Below are positions 41,150 to 55,017 of a stretch of DNA of 64,000 bases, in pieces. Made by a program: the position numbers and the translations under genes. Each line of letters begins with the position of its first letter. Position 1 is the first letter of the stretch. Source of the DNA: Mytilus edulis (Eukaryota); assembly GCF_963676685.1 (NCBI RefSeq), contig NC_092355.1:56358001-56422000 (forward strand). The letters are read 5' to 3'. The notes under the pieces are model-generated. The model worked only from the letters and a program-made list of their open reading frames with translations, had not been told where the DNA came from and made no database searches.

Positions 41150-42560
41150 ATCAACAACAACATTTTCCAGAAAATGGATCAATATTATTTTTTTTTAAAT
41201 ATAATCATACTGGAATGTTAATTTTACAATATGTCGGATCAATCAATTGACCCCTATATCATGGAATCAGTCGTTTAGTAAAATATGTTCTTTTTTCGTT
41301 ACATTCTTCTTTTTTTTATTTTTGCTTTTCTAAAATTTCAAGATCTAGAAAACAAATTCGATAGCAAGCATTCAATATTTGCGTGATGTCGTACTATCGT
41401 TAGAGATGAACATATTCACAAAAAACTTGTTTAAACATGTTGAACAGGTTTGGTAAAATAAAACATGTTTGCATTCACATGAAAATAATGATTGTTTTTG
41501 TTTCGTATATTCGTTTGCCTGACAAACATCATATGTTCTGTAAATGAACTTTGCTAAAATAAAATAAAACCACACAATAGAAAATGTGTTTTAATTCTTA
41601 CTGATTTCATTTAGTCATACTACCTTTTGTATTAGAATACAAAAGCGATTGCAATTCTCTTCGCCTAGAAATGTTTATCTTAAGTAAAAGATGTTTATAA
41701 GAATTAGCCATAAACAATATTTCCGACTGACCGAGCATTGACTTTGTCCTAATTATATATTTGCAAGTGTAATTTCCAGGAACAATAATTTAAGTCTTTC
41801 TGAATAAGGTTTCAAAATTAACTACTCGTGAAACTACTTTACGATTTAATTCGATTTCATGGTTACATAGTTCCGATCGTCTTGGTTCAGTTTATTGGTG
41901 AGATTCATGATCTTTAATAAATCAAAACGAGTTCTGTAATTATTGATGACATGATTGAATGAAAAGGAATACTGTCCTCGATTCGTTTCATTCGCACTGA
42001 TTTTTTTCGCAAGTTTCTGTTTATTAAAATGATTCCAATTAAAAGAGGAGCGAAAGATACGATAGGAACAGTTAAACTCAAAATTGCAAATAAAATGACA
42101 CCGCCATGTCTGAAAAAAAGAAAAGCAAACAAACAGACAGACAGACAAAGAATAGGATTTTTTCAAAGTTTTTGTACATTTTAGTTAAAGATATCAAGCT
42201 AACATTTTCCAGATAATCGCTCATAAGGGTTAAAATTTGTTTAAAGAATGTTATGAAACATGAGTCTACGGAAAACTGTAAAGGTTTGTCAAGTCTCTCT
42301 TTAAAAGCATTTAACAGAACCTGTTATAGTCGTTATAATATATTGCCAAATTTGTATCGTTTGTTATCATAATGAACTCTCCTATTTTTGTTCAAATATC
42401 CCCTGAGCAATATGCATATCCACATGTTAAAATGTTCATGTCATGATTAACATATAAGATATTTACTTTATTACAGTGAGAAAAGGTACTTTAAATGATG
42501 CTTGGTATAAATTAGAATGAGCGCAGAGATTACATGACATTTGATTTGCTTTTAACAAAT
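41150..42560 (-). pseudogene. Decayed paralogous block, copy D
   Basis: Minus-strand fragments KIGEFIMITN, NPYER, LKINISRRRELQSLL, KHIFYCVVLFYFSKVHLQNI. A PLE-tail insertion lies at ~42040-42150. Confidence 0.35.
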
Positions 42561-43019
42561 AATCTTAATAGATTGGTACTAACTCAAACAAACAACAATT
42601 AACATAAACCCAATCCACAAAGCACTGTTATAACAGTGCGTGTAGTACGAGGTACGGATCGAGCCATCTCTTAAAGGCGGTATTCTCAACCTACGATTAA
42701 TGAGGGGCATGTTCTAACTATTTGTTCTCACTCAAATGTATTGATGGTCAAAAAAGGGGGTTCCAACCCCAAGAACTACCTGCCACTGAGTTACTGAAAA
42801 GTATTTTAAAAGCATGTAATAATAACCAATGTACTTTGAGTCTTGTTCTATGAAACAGCCAAACACCGATTTTTTAGTGTATTCATATGATTACACTTGA
42901 TTTGTTTCTGTTTTGACAAAGGCACTGATGTACCTTAGTTAAGTCTTGTTCTATGAAATAGCCAAACATAATTTTTTAGTGTAATCATATGATTACAATT
43001 GATTTGTTTCTCTGTTAAC

Positions 43020-43275
43020 AAACGCGCGTCTGGCGCAAATAATAAATTTCAATCAAGGTATTTATTATGAGTGTATTTCAACCACTTGGTCGATGTCACT
43101 GCTGTTCGATTATTACTTCCCCGAGGGATTCACCAAACCCAGTAGTCAACTTCGTACTTCATTTTACCTTTTTAACATTCTTTTATTCAAGCATCACTGC
43201 TGAATCTTGTGTAGATAAAACACGCGTCTAGCTTAAATATAAATTTCAGTACTGGTATCTATATAAGTTTATTTA
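43020..43275 (+). ncRNA. Degenerate retrozyme monomer bounded by two hammerhead remnants
   Basis: Starts with the 3' half AAACGCGCGTCTGGCG and ends with GCATCACTGCTGAATCTTGTGTAGATAAAACACGCGTCTAGC (core mutated). The body has GGTCGATG...CCCCGAGGG..CACCA as at 31255. Confidence 0.65.
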
Positions 43276-46200
43276 CACTATTTCTTATATTAGACGGACA
43301 GTGAAACTTTATATTCAAGCTACATATAGTTCAGTTTATTCACCTCTGTTGTCTCAAAATGAAATCATGTTAGTATTGCTGCATTATAGATAAACATTGT
43401 GTGATCAATTATTGTTGGCCTTTGAAGACAACAACATGTTGAGGATGTTCAAATAAGTTATCAATGAATAATATTAAGAGAGAGGGGGATTTGCATGACA
43501 TTTCATTAACATTGATTCCTTTACACTTTTCAATTTAATGGGATGTACAATTTACTTCAAAGCTTTAAGGCTCAGACGACAAAAGTTACAAAGAAAAAAA
43601 TTTTAATGATGAAAGTTAATAATCTTTTTCATGTCGTTATCAAAATTTAAATGTCAGATATTTTCTGTTCAAGTCTTGCTTTGCATTTGTGAAAATTTTA
43701 ATATTCTTGATAGATCTCTTATTTGAACATCGTCAAAATGATGTTGCCTCAGAAGCCAATAATAATTGATCAAATAATTTTTATTTATGATGCAATTAAG
43801 ATAAACTGTATTTAGCTTGTATATTTTAAGTTTTACTGTCTGTTTAATAGAATGTTGCAATGATGAAACAGGCAACCAAATTAAATGTTTTCATATGAAT
43901 ACACTTACAAACCTGTGTTTGGCTATTACATATAGACAAAAAGATGTTATATATGTACATCGATTATCATTTCATATATTTTCATAAACTCAAACATGTA
44001 TTAAGACTATTTTGTTGCCTTTCAGTGTTTCTGTGGTCACGTTGTTTTCCTCTTATAGAAGATATTTCTCTTGGGTTTAGTTTATAGCCCGTATTTGTTT
44101 TCTTTCAATACATTCATGACTTTTAAATAACGGTTTACTACTGTTGCCTTTATTTACATGAAAATGAGGTGGGAATGCAAATAAATCATTGATCCACCAA
44201 AAAACACCGTGTAAACAAATAAGGGAATTGTAAAGTTACAAAGAATAAATAAAACTGGGTTAATTGCAAACGAACAATTTAATGCGTTCTATTTTCCCGT
44301 ATTGCTAAATGTCGTTTCATAAGCAACCTCAATAATTGTATGTATTTGCGGCCTTGGATGAGTTTTCAATGATGCTGTGTTGCAGGCAATATAAAATGCA
44401 ATAACTCTTCATACTTTTAACTATTTAGCCAACTGCAAATTGTCATAACTGATATTTCCAATATTGTATTGGAATTTATTAAGGAGAATGACATTGCACA
44501 CGGAAATGGATAAAATATAAAGATATAATTTAGAATGAAGTAGAGCAAATGACAACAATAATCTATTATCAAAAGGGAGTTGAAGCATATTCGCTTAAAT
44601 TCATGTGTCGTCCATTATGATTCAATATAATAAATTTCTTTGTTGGTATTTATGAAATATATGAAGTGGCAATAATTAGTTTCATCAAGATGACCACCTT
44701 TTCATTTTTTTTAAATTTGTAATTACCTTCAATCAAGTACTGACTTGTCAATGGTATTTGACTAATAGTTCAAACGGCAACAACATTATGGCGATAGTAT
44801 CAACATATTCAAATCAATGAGGATGTTGAAGCGCTTCCAATGAACAAATTTAAGATACGAATTTTAACAACACAATACCATCTTGAATTTTGTATACCAA
44901 AGCAATACTGTTTCAATGATTTTTTTTTAAATAATTTCACATTTGTTGACAGTAGACTATTGAACATGTTCTACTGATAGTTTAATCACTATCAAGAAAA
45001 ATCTCTTCAGGTATATATTATTCTTAAATGAAATTAAAAAACATTTATTGACATTGCAGAATTATTTTAATCTAGTATACAAATATTGGAATATGTGGTA
45101 TGAGTGCCAATGAGACAACTCTCCTTTCAAGTAACAATTCATAAAAGTAAACCGTTCTAAGACAAGGTACGGCCTTCAACACAGAGCCTTGGCATATAAG
45201 ATATGGTAAATTTGTTTCATTAGCGGCTATGAATTATCAATGGTATCGTTTTCGATAAAATAGGATTACTCAAAATTAAGAAATTATGCATGCTCACTAG
45301 AAAATGACAGGGACTATAAATAATAGCTAGAATAAAGTCGAAACGAACCAAAGTTCAATAATTTATTCTTTAACATCATCAAACATAATTATTAAAATCT
45401 TAAACATTATGCTTATACAAATAATTATTATTTTTCAATACTGCATTGGAAATTCGAATGACATCTACTATAAAACATTTGATCTGCTTTCCTGATTTTC
45501 TTTTGCATCACATTTTTTTTACATTACAATGTAGCTTTAAAATTTCAAATCTCAGTTTACTGCATGCGGAAGAGTCATAAAGTGTTCATATATATAAGAC
45601 TCATCGTAAGGTGCCAAGGAGGTCAACCAAACACCTCAAGTTGGTTACCTGTGTATTATTTGAGTCATATTTCATGTTTGTTTTGTAGTTCACAGATTTG
45701 AAATTTGCGACGATTTATACTCGCGATATTTTTCTATACGAAATAAGTTGCGACAATAAATCTCACAGTCTGACAGTATTGATAAAAAACTTAATATAGA
45801 CCTATCCACTTACGTTCAACAAAGTTCAAAATAAGTATGTTCTCAGCACCACTGCACTTATCTATTTAAGATAAATATTTTATTTTTTTTAAAAGCCGGT
45901 GTAGAGCCCTTGGATGGTGTAAACTTCCAAGGAAAACATGTATGCTGTAATGGTGTATGGTATATGGTGCAATGGTTGATGATGTATAGTGCTATGGTGT
46001 ATAGTGTGAGGGGAATGGTGTAAATACTGACATGAAAGGAAATGAAATCCACCTTCAGCTTGTGTATAGTTTAAAATCAAATGACCAGTTTAGACGTGAT
46101 TGAATTGATCTTTTAATTATTTATTTTTCCTATTTGCTTTTTCTAATTAATTTTCATTCGAATTTACTACAATACAAAACAAGATGATTTTGTGATCCTT

Positions 46201-46600
46201 TAATTTTTTTTACTACAGTATTTGATGTTTACATATGATTTTTTAATCTAGGAATAATACTGTCACCTACATTTATGTTAAATTTTGATAGGGAAAGCAT
46301 ACAACAAGACATATAGAGTCGGTTAACCAATTAATGCTAATGCTAACTGTTACAATTTTGTAGTGTCAGCGGCCATATGACCTCGTCCTTGTTTGTGTAT
46401 ACATGTATATGGAAGAAAAGGATTTCAGTCAAAACTGTATAAGAATATATATTTGACATACAACCACAATCAATTATAATGCAATATCGTTTGTAACACT
46501 CATTTTGATAGAATAACTCCACCAATGTTTAAGGTATTAGTTTATAAATGATACAATAAAAACGTACGCGCAAGCAGAGACTACATACGCCATAATTTAA

Positions 46601-46873
46601 GGTGGTACCCAACACTTTCACTAAAATTAATTTGGCTCGTTTAATTTTAATAAAATTTTGTCAAAGTATTTACTTTGACCCTTAAACATAAATATAAAAA
46701 TTTCAAAAATTTTGAACCAACCGTTTTGTCAGAAAAATTACACTGGTTATATAGCACTTTGACAAAAACCAATTTTGATCATTGAGAAGCTTAATATTCC
46801 TTTTACAACACATCGTAATTAAAACGTTTAGCTGACTTTACAGAGTTATCTCCCTGTAGTGTTAGGTACCACC
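46601..46873. mobile_element. TTAA-flanked MITE (Kolobok-like), 273 bp
   Basis: TTAA|GGTGGTACCCAACAC...GTGTTAGGTACCACC|TTAA. Confidence 0.85.
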
Positions 46874-48699
46874 TTAAATGTATAATTTGATGTTGTTGTC
46901 CGTCAGTTTTATTTGAATGAAGAAAAACATATTGTATAAAAGCTCTAATGGCATCAATTCGTGAGTTGATGGTCGCAGATTAATTTTACAGACGACACGC
47001 TAACTCCTGAAATGAATTTCCAAAAGTACGTACAATTAAATGTGACACATTTTCATGACATATTTTAGAGTTGAATTTCTTATAAAATCGTGGACGCCTT
47101 CTATATAGTTTTTTTTAATACCTAAAAGAAACCGTTTCATATACAAATGTTAGAATGTGACAATGCTATTAAATAAACTGTTCCACTTTGTTCTGCATTA
47201 AGTGCGTCTGATCATTGATACTGGAGATCAGAATATTTGAAAATCCAAAGCTCATTAAAAAAAGGCGCCTTAAACAAAAAAGGATAACAAAGTAAAGCCA
47301 ACGTACGACAAGATCAGAGCTTTGTAAGAGAGCGATGTATTCCTGAATTTTGAATGATTTCGAACAGATTGTAACAGCAAATTGTAATAACACGAAATTC
47401 GTATATCCATGCCCACAAAATCGAGTTTATCTTATCAATAGAGTGGAATCGGTGCAACTAACTATGACATACAAAACTATATTCCGTCAAGCCACTGGGT
47501 ATTTCGATTTATTGGCAAAACATCGTTGTATTGATAGTCATATGAGTTTATGAAATTTGTCAATATATTTAAACAAAATAGAAAAACAAATCATTGAGTA
47601 CAATGTGGTGAAAAAAATCATTAATCGTCGTAAATTCATTTATAAATATCTTGTTTTCGACCATTAATACACACAATATATAATATATTCGATCCTCTTT
47701 AAAAAAAAAATTATCATTTTATCTTTTTTACGATGTACGTCTCAGGAAACTATTTTATCATGTGACTTTCATTGTATGGTTTCAGTTGAACTTAACTTAG
47801 GACACGTTCTGCCCTTAAATGGTTTACTGTTATTTTGATATCAAATAACTGTTGTTTTGAAATGTCGTGACGGGGAGTAGTTGTTCAGGGTTTTTTCGAT
47901 TTATGAGTTTGACTGTCCCTCTGGTATCTGTCGTCCCTTTTTTATCTTTTTTTTTAACTGTAAGCATTATAACTGATGAATAATTTAGAAAACTGGATCG
48001 ATACTAAAGTTTTTGGAAGTCTTTTCACAAGGGCGGCAACGTCATAGTTCAATACTCATGTGGTGAAATGCAACATGTATGATTGACTTCGGATGTCATA
48101 TCAAATAAAGCATCTTTTAATGCAATACTTTATGTCTACACTGTCGGTAGTTAAATCTGAAATGGATGAAATGATCCTTGAGTTTTGCTGCACGTATTAA
48201 GTAATCAAAAGTTTACTGTCGATGATGGAAAGCTGTCATATATCACGATAATTCCTGCGGAAATATTTTAAGATAAAATTTATCTTTGTGTTCGTATGAT
48301 CATTCGAAGTGTACGTCCTATTTCAGGTGTAAACAAATAAGGAAATGAATACACCAACGTTCCTTAACTGAATATTTTGTACATAATAAGAAAAATTACA
48401 TCACATTTGAAAAGTAATAATAGGGTAGCATGCATTCCTTACTTAGTTGTATTTTTTTTTAATAATAGTATGGTTCCATTCTTAAAATAATACTTAACGA
48501 ACCTAATTTCGAGTAGCAAACATGTTTCACTAATTGTATTCAAAATTATTTTGCACATCACCATAAGAAAAAGAAAATGAAAAACCCTTCATTTAGATGA
48601 ACAGGATGCTTTTACAATATTGTTTTTTCTTTCTTCTCCTTTACAATTAATGGTTGAACATATCTAGTTGATAACATTGGTACCTTGTTGACACAATGA

Positions 48700-49290
48700 T
48701 TTATTGGAAGCAATATAGTATCAATCATGGTCTTCGTCTTATAGATTATTTCTCTATTTTCAAGTATTACAAACGAGCTATTTATTATTTTGACTTTTAG
48801 TTGTACATTTGTATCTTGCATTCGTTTTTATAAAGCAAATATTAATTTCATTGTTACCTTGTTGCTAAAATGAAGTGGAAGCAATATACTTTCAATCATT
48901 GTCACCTTCTTATAGATCAATTCTCTATTTTCAAGTATTCCTAACGAACTATTTATTTTTTTAACATTTCCTCAAGACCTTTAATTGTATCAATCATTTG
49001 TTTTGTAAAATAAGGAGGGCTAGTTAACTACATTGTTACCTTTGTGACACTAAAATAGAGTGGAAGCAATATACTTTTAATCATTGTCACCTATTTATAG
49101 ATAATTTCTCTATTTTCAAGTATTACAAACAATCTATTAATTATTGTGACATTTCGTCAAGACGTTTTATTGTATCTTTCAATCATCATTTTAAAAAGAA
49201 AAGCCTAGTTAATTGCCTTGTTACCATTGTGACAATTAAATGAAGCGGAGGCAATATATTATCAATCTTTGTCACCTTTTTGAAAAATAT
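48700..49290. repeat. Diverged tandem repeat, ~170-185-bp unit, about 3.3 copies
   Basis: GGAAGCAATATA...CAATCATTGTCACC motif at about 48705, 48877, 49061 and 49246. Confidence 0.85.
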
Positions 49291-49789
49291 TTCACCTTTT
49301 TCAGAAATTATAATCATTAATATTGATAAGCAAACTTTTTTGATTTATCGACAGCTCTTTAAAATCTATATTTGTTAGTCTCATTTTGAGATTTTAAAGA
49401 GAATAAATTCCCTCAGGGCACGTTATCTATCATCCCGGGGTACATAATTAATATTTACTGTGAATGAGTTTCAATATCAATATAATTAAACACAAAGCAC
49501 TGTATTGAATAAATTAAGTTGAATATATCAACATATTTTGTTTAATAAAATTTAATATTTGTATATCAATCAAAATTGGATTGTAGTTCAACAGATAGTA
49601 TTCAGCGGACATAATGTGTGTATCCTTTAATAACGTTATACAGATGGGTGCAGTCCTAACCTTGACAAAAGTTAACTTAGAGTTAACTTGTTGACTGCTT
49701 TTTAAGTTATCTCGAGAATTTTTAAGCAGACCAGCAAGTTAACTTCGTCAACGGTGGACCAGACCTACGGTCCACCTTTTTATGACTGC

Positions 49790-50070
49790 TGCAGACCTAT
49801 CGACGGGTCTGCTCCAGACCAGACCTGTGGATAGGTCTGTTCCTGACCAGACCTGTGGACAGGTCTGTTCCTGACCAGACCTGTGGACAGGTCTGCTTCT
49901 AACCAGACCTGTGGACAAGTCTGCTATTGACCAGATTTGTGGACAGATCTGCTTCTGACCAGACCTGTGAACAGGTCTACTTCTGACCAGACCTGTGAAC
50001 AGGTCTGCTTCTGAACAGACCTGTGGGCAAGTCTGCTATTGACTAGACCTGGAAACAGGTCTGCTTATGA
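49790..50070. repeat. 28-bp tandem array of palindromic units, about 10 copies
   Basis: Unit CCAGACCTGTGGACAGGTCTGTTCCTGA, containing the inverted repeat CAGACCTGT-gg-ACAGGTCTG. Confidence 0.92.
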
Positions 50071-50989
50071 AATGTTATCGTTTTTGCGACTTTTCATATC
50101 AGACTTGAGCTTTATTAAAATATGTATATACAACATTCGCATTGTTTTTCCCCAGAAGGCCTCTCAGGCTCTGACAGCAAATTTCTTTATTCGCTATACT
50201 CTACTAGACATTATTCATAACTGTACAACACAATTCTTTTTTTTTTATTTTATATATTCTTATATACATTAGTCATATACATAGGGCTATCATATATTTT
50301 TAATTAAAAGGCGGATAGAAAGGGTATCCAACGTATCGGAACAACATTCTTATATCATGGGATATCAACATTTTTGTCGACGTTACTTCGTTCCCCGTAT
50401 TTTACCTGTATCTTCCTAATTTTTACTTTATGAATTATCCCCTACATGCATGGATATTTTATTGTTATTCTACGTGTTTGGATTGGATTTACTATTCTTT
50501 TTTCGCAGAATATTCTAACGAAAATTGTACAGTTGTAAAGTGTCCGGATATGTACAATATAGTAAAACTACTAACAATCTCGTCAAATTCGTCAGATTTG
50601 TCGAGAGATTTGTGCACTTGAATGAAATAGCTGGCACTTGACGTTTAACTACAAACAAAATCAATCAACCAATTAAATTAACAGTATACTATTCCCAGAA
50701 GAGAACGTCATATACATTTTTTTTATTTTTAAAAAGCACAAATGAATTCGTACATGTCAGTGTTGGTACATGTACTTGGATGATGCAGCCTAATAGTTTT
50801 GTTTTACACACCCTAGTGACTGTTCAATATTATGAATACAGAGATGAAACGCTGACATTCTCAATTGATGCGGAAAAAAATTGGCATTAACTGTTTTCCT
50901 TATTGATTACATTTGCCGTCCTACTAACATGTTCGCAGGAGTGCCAGGAGAAGACATAAAGGCGCTATCCAAACAGCGGTCATTTATTT

Positions 50990-51582
50990 TATATATTGAA
51001 TCCAGACATCAAAAATATGGCTGATTTACTATGCGGATATATATAGATTTTTAAATTAAAGTGCACATAGGCAGGTCAGTTTTTGGTCTATGCGGTCAAA
51101 TAATTTTGTTGTATAAGTCAGCATGAAGTATCAAAACTACTGAAATTTTGTTACGTATTAATATTTTGAATAAAAGGAGGACATGCTGGCACCCTAAATT
51201 AATGCGAATAAAAATTTGTTGTTATTATATTGCAATATTACTGTCCATTGTATTATACATTGAATCCCGACATAAAAATATGGCTTATTTACTATTCGGG
51301 TATATAGATTTACAAATTGAAGGGCACATATTGTCAGTTTTGGTCAATGCGGTCAAATAATTTTGTACAAGTTAGCATGAGGTATCAAAACTACTGAAAT
51401 TTTGTTACGTATCAATATTTTAAATAAAAGGAGGGCATGCTGGCACCCTAAATTTATGCGAACAAAAATTTGTGGTTATTGTATTGCAATATTGCTGTCC
51501 ATTGTATTGTATTGTACATTGAATTCTAACACCAAAAATATGGCTGATTTACTATGCGGGTATACATGGTATATAGATTTAC
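50990..51582. repeat. ~258-bp tandem duplication, about 2.3 copies
   Basis: ATTGAAT...AAAAATATGGCT.ATTTACTAT recurs at about 50995, 51258 and 51518. ORFs 51148 and 51402 are homologous. Confidence 0.9.
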
Positions 51583-53088
51583 CTGTAAATTTGTGGCTGT
51601 TATTTGTACTCAATAATCAATCAATTGTAATCGAATTGCAGCCCTTGACTAGTAGAAACTTTCAAGCTGTAAGTAGATGAGATAGGGAGGCAGTTCTTCC
51701 CATTAGCCAGTTAGAACGATGCCATGGTAAACGTGTTCAATAATGTATTGTTTGTCTATAACATTATCGGCTGCCGGTTTTAAATGTGTATGTGATCAAA
51801 ATAACGTCGGTTGCACGTGTTTGTTCTAACTACAACTGTACTGAACACTATCCTACAAAATGAAGGACACGAAACCTTTAAAATGCCTGCTGCACTACAA
51901 ACCATAATTTGTATGATTTCAAAACATCAGCGAACAAATTTCATTTGTTTTTAATTGTGTTATACATAGACAAGAAGAATATATTCTTGTTATTTTGAAT
52001 CTCTCTTTAGATTCTGTACACGTTTCTTTGTTGTCTTTTTCCGACTTTAAAATGTCCTTTGGTATTTTTTGCTTCTCTTTTTACAATGTTAAGGAATAAA
52101 ATGCTACTTTCCTTTCAACATATATTAGTTATAGTGATGCATTAGATAAAAGCTAGGAGTGATACACATAACTATGTAGATCACACCATCAACGCCCGAA
52201 TATCTCAAAATTAATACGATATTCCCGGGCTTGTATGTCCTATCATAATTTCCTTGATGAAAGGGTGCTGCTCACAAGGAAGCTATTGAAACAAGAGTTC
52301 CAAATCCTGAAGTTGAAATCATCTCTTTGTAAATGTTACGGTCACCATCATATGTTGGTTGACAGTTATGGAATATCCGTTTCACAGATGATATCGAATA
52401 TGTTTTTTATCTCGTAAGAATAATCATGTTCCCTTTTAACGAATATGACCTACCGAATTAGACTATTTACCGGGTTTATTAGACTTGCTACAATTCCCTT
52501 TCTATTATTTCACTCTTACTAATTTATATGTTTACTGATAAGTGCCAGCCTACTGATTGCCCTGCAGATGTCAGTATAATTGCAATCTCCTAGTTATAGC
52601 AGTAAAATTATTAAAGGGGCAAAATTGAAAAAAAAAGAAAAAAACATAATTAGGAAGGGACATGTAGCAAGTCTACGGGTTTCTAATAACATAAACAACA
52701 CCACAGGTGCCACATGTTGAGCGGTTCCAACTTACTCTTCCGGAGCAACTGGGAACACTCCCTGTTTTTATGAGATTTGTGTTGCTTAGTGTATAGTTTC
52801 TATGATGTGTCTTGTGTACTATTATTTGTCTGTTTGTCTTTTCAGTTTTAACCATGTCGTTGTCAATTTCGTTTTGATCTATAAGTTTGACTGTCCCTCT
52901 TGTGTCTTTTTCCCGCTCTTTTTCTGGTTATTCGTATTGTAAACAAGGCCGTTGTGATGTCACTTTTATGTTGTTACATATTTGAATTGACTAAGGAAGA
53001 CTCTCCTTATAAAGATTGTTTTGCAACTAAACAATTACATATGCGAGGACATCTTGTAACAATGTATTTTGTTTTGCTTTACTTTAAA

Positions 53089-53666
53089 GGAAAAGGTCCG
53101 ATAAGGATCGATTTTGGCCTCAAATTTCAGGTTCATCTGACGAAAGATTTTGACAACTTTTTAAACACTTAAGTGTCTATTTTATTGGAATTAATTAGTT
53201 TATGTGAAAGATTTTAACAGATTTAGTCATTAAAAACGATCCGAATCAAGCTCAAATATGAAAAATCTACCTCATATGCCGAAAAATGTCACTTTTCAGA
53301 TGGTTTTTGGTAAAAATGAAAGTGGCCGCATCCGTGTTTATCCTCAACCTTTATATATGTTATGTATTATCATAAAATACAACTTACATTTCAATATTAA
53401 GGATGAACACGAATGCGGCCACTTTCGTTTTACACGAAAACCGTCTAAAATTTAACTAAAATGCTAGAATTATGAGGATTTCAGTAATTTAGCATTACCT
53501 AATGGTGCTAGTACCGGATATATGTGCATTGTATTGTCAAAAACAGCCCATATTTATGTAGCAGAAGCATTCTACTGTCCAATAAATAACTAAAGGTTTA
53601 CATTTTAACAATTTTGTAAAACTGCTATATTTTGGGGCCAAAAAGGGGTCTTACTGAACCTACTCC
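53089..53666. mobile_element. Spy-type MITE with the empty site visible in the paralog
   Basis: Filled: TAAA|GGAAAAGGTCCGATAAGG...CTTACTGAACCTACTCC|TTTTAAGATC. Empty at ~2424: TAAA|TTTTAAGATC. Confidence 0.9.
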
Positions 53667-54024
53667 TTTTAAGATCTAGCATAGGGGCAAATGTGACAGA
53701 TTATGCAGATGTGCATGACATAAGGGAAGTTTGAAGACAAATGCCTGATACACAATTCAAACATACTACTGAACTTATGTTACGTGTTTTTACCTACATG
53801 TTTCATGTTTGTGATGCCACATAAATATACTTATTTTACTTTTTTATTTTTTATGAGTTGCTTTTATATAGTTCATCCACATTTTCAGATTTTTAAGAGT
53901 ATCTAAATATGCAGTATACCGATATCTTGTATCTAACAAATCAATTTAAACCAGATGTAAAAACAAATAAAAAAGTCAGCTTTTTGAGAAACTTAAGGTT
54001 ACACACAAATAATATTCCCGGCTA

Positions 54025-55017
54025 TAGTGCCTAACAAGATTTTGTGAGGTAGACGAAATTGACTTTAAAACGATCGTATTGACTTTTGATGTGCAGAAAT
54101 AGGCAGATCGGACATATTTTGACTTTAGTTACTTACTTCTTAAGTTTGGGATTAATTGTAATCAACATATTCCAATGAGACTGAAAAATGCTTTTTTTTA
54201 TTATGATAAATAATAATTTTACCTGCCGTAGTCGTGCGTAAACTATATTTCGATATTTCTCTTACAAAAATGACTTGTTTAATGGAACAAAACGTATTAT
54301 TTGTAAACTTTCTCTTTGCTCTTCACAATAGGCTTTTAAAACATAACCTTTCAACTGTATATTCCGAAAATTTTGTGAAAATCGAATAAGTGGCAATTCT
54401 TACCTTTCATGCCTTAACTTTCATTGATAAAACATAATATTGACTCGTCCAGTGTCCAGTTTGAAGGTCATTTTAGTTACCGTACACATTCATGCACGTT
54501 CTAATTAATCAATAGTCATGTATGAAAAGCATTAACAAGTTTGAAGGTAAACTAATAACAACTTAATCCAATCAAATTGCCTACGATTCAATAACAATGA
54601 CCAGTCCACATCATAAAAATGTATAGGGGTAAACTGGGTAGGGAGAAAATGTCAGATATATTAAGTTCATTATTTTGCAATAACGAGTAAAAATTTGTTA
54701 ACCAATAGATTTGTTATAATTTCATAAACATGTCGTTATGTATTGGTATAGTTTTTGGATCTTTCATTAGCGTATTTAAGGCTGTAGAAAGTTTGGCCTT
54801 CAAAAGTCAACATAATCATTGACTTTATAAAGAAAATTCGCCTTTTTAAAACATTGAATGTTTCACAAATAAAACGCGACAACAAAGCAAAATCATTTCT
54901 TAAAACACTGCAAAAAAAATAATTCTGATTGATGCAGTGGTATTGTCATAAATTGCACTGGAGTGAACAGTGGTACATCAAACGTCGAATTCCCTCACAC
55001 AATGTTATCACACACTA
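54025..55017. mobile_element. TA-duplicating non-autonomous DNA transposon (Tc1/mariner-like)
   Basis: Filled: GC-TA|TAGTGCCTAACAAGATTTTGTGAGG...CCTCACACAATGTTATCACACACTA|TA-AAGGTCT. Empty at ~2781: GAC-TA-AAGGTCT. Confidence 0.85.

Noticed and set aside
45858-46080. His-rich peptide (LHHSPHTIHHSTIHHQPLHH), byssal-like
   Set aside because: Low-complexity ATGGTGT-type sequence with no signal peptide or convincing splice sites.
49790-50070. CRISPR-like palindromic repeats
   Set aside because: The linkers are only ~8 nt and related to each other, so this is a tandem repeat.
53258-53455. Conserved 65-aa ORF repeated at 62076-62273
   Set aside because: Internal to two copies of the same MITE, with no transposase motifs.
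53084-53672. Kolobok/piggyBac assignment with a TTAA TSD for the AAAGGAGTA elements
   Set aside because: Copies at 23092 and 61907 lack TTAA, and the empty site shows AAA|TTT with no duplication.
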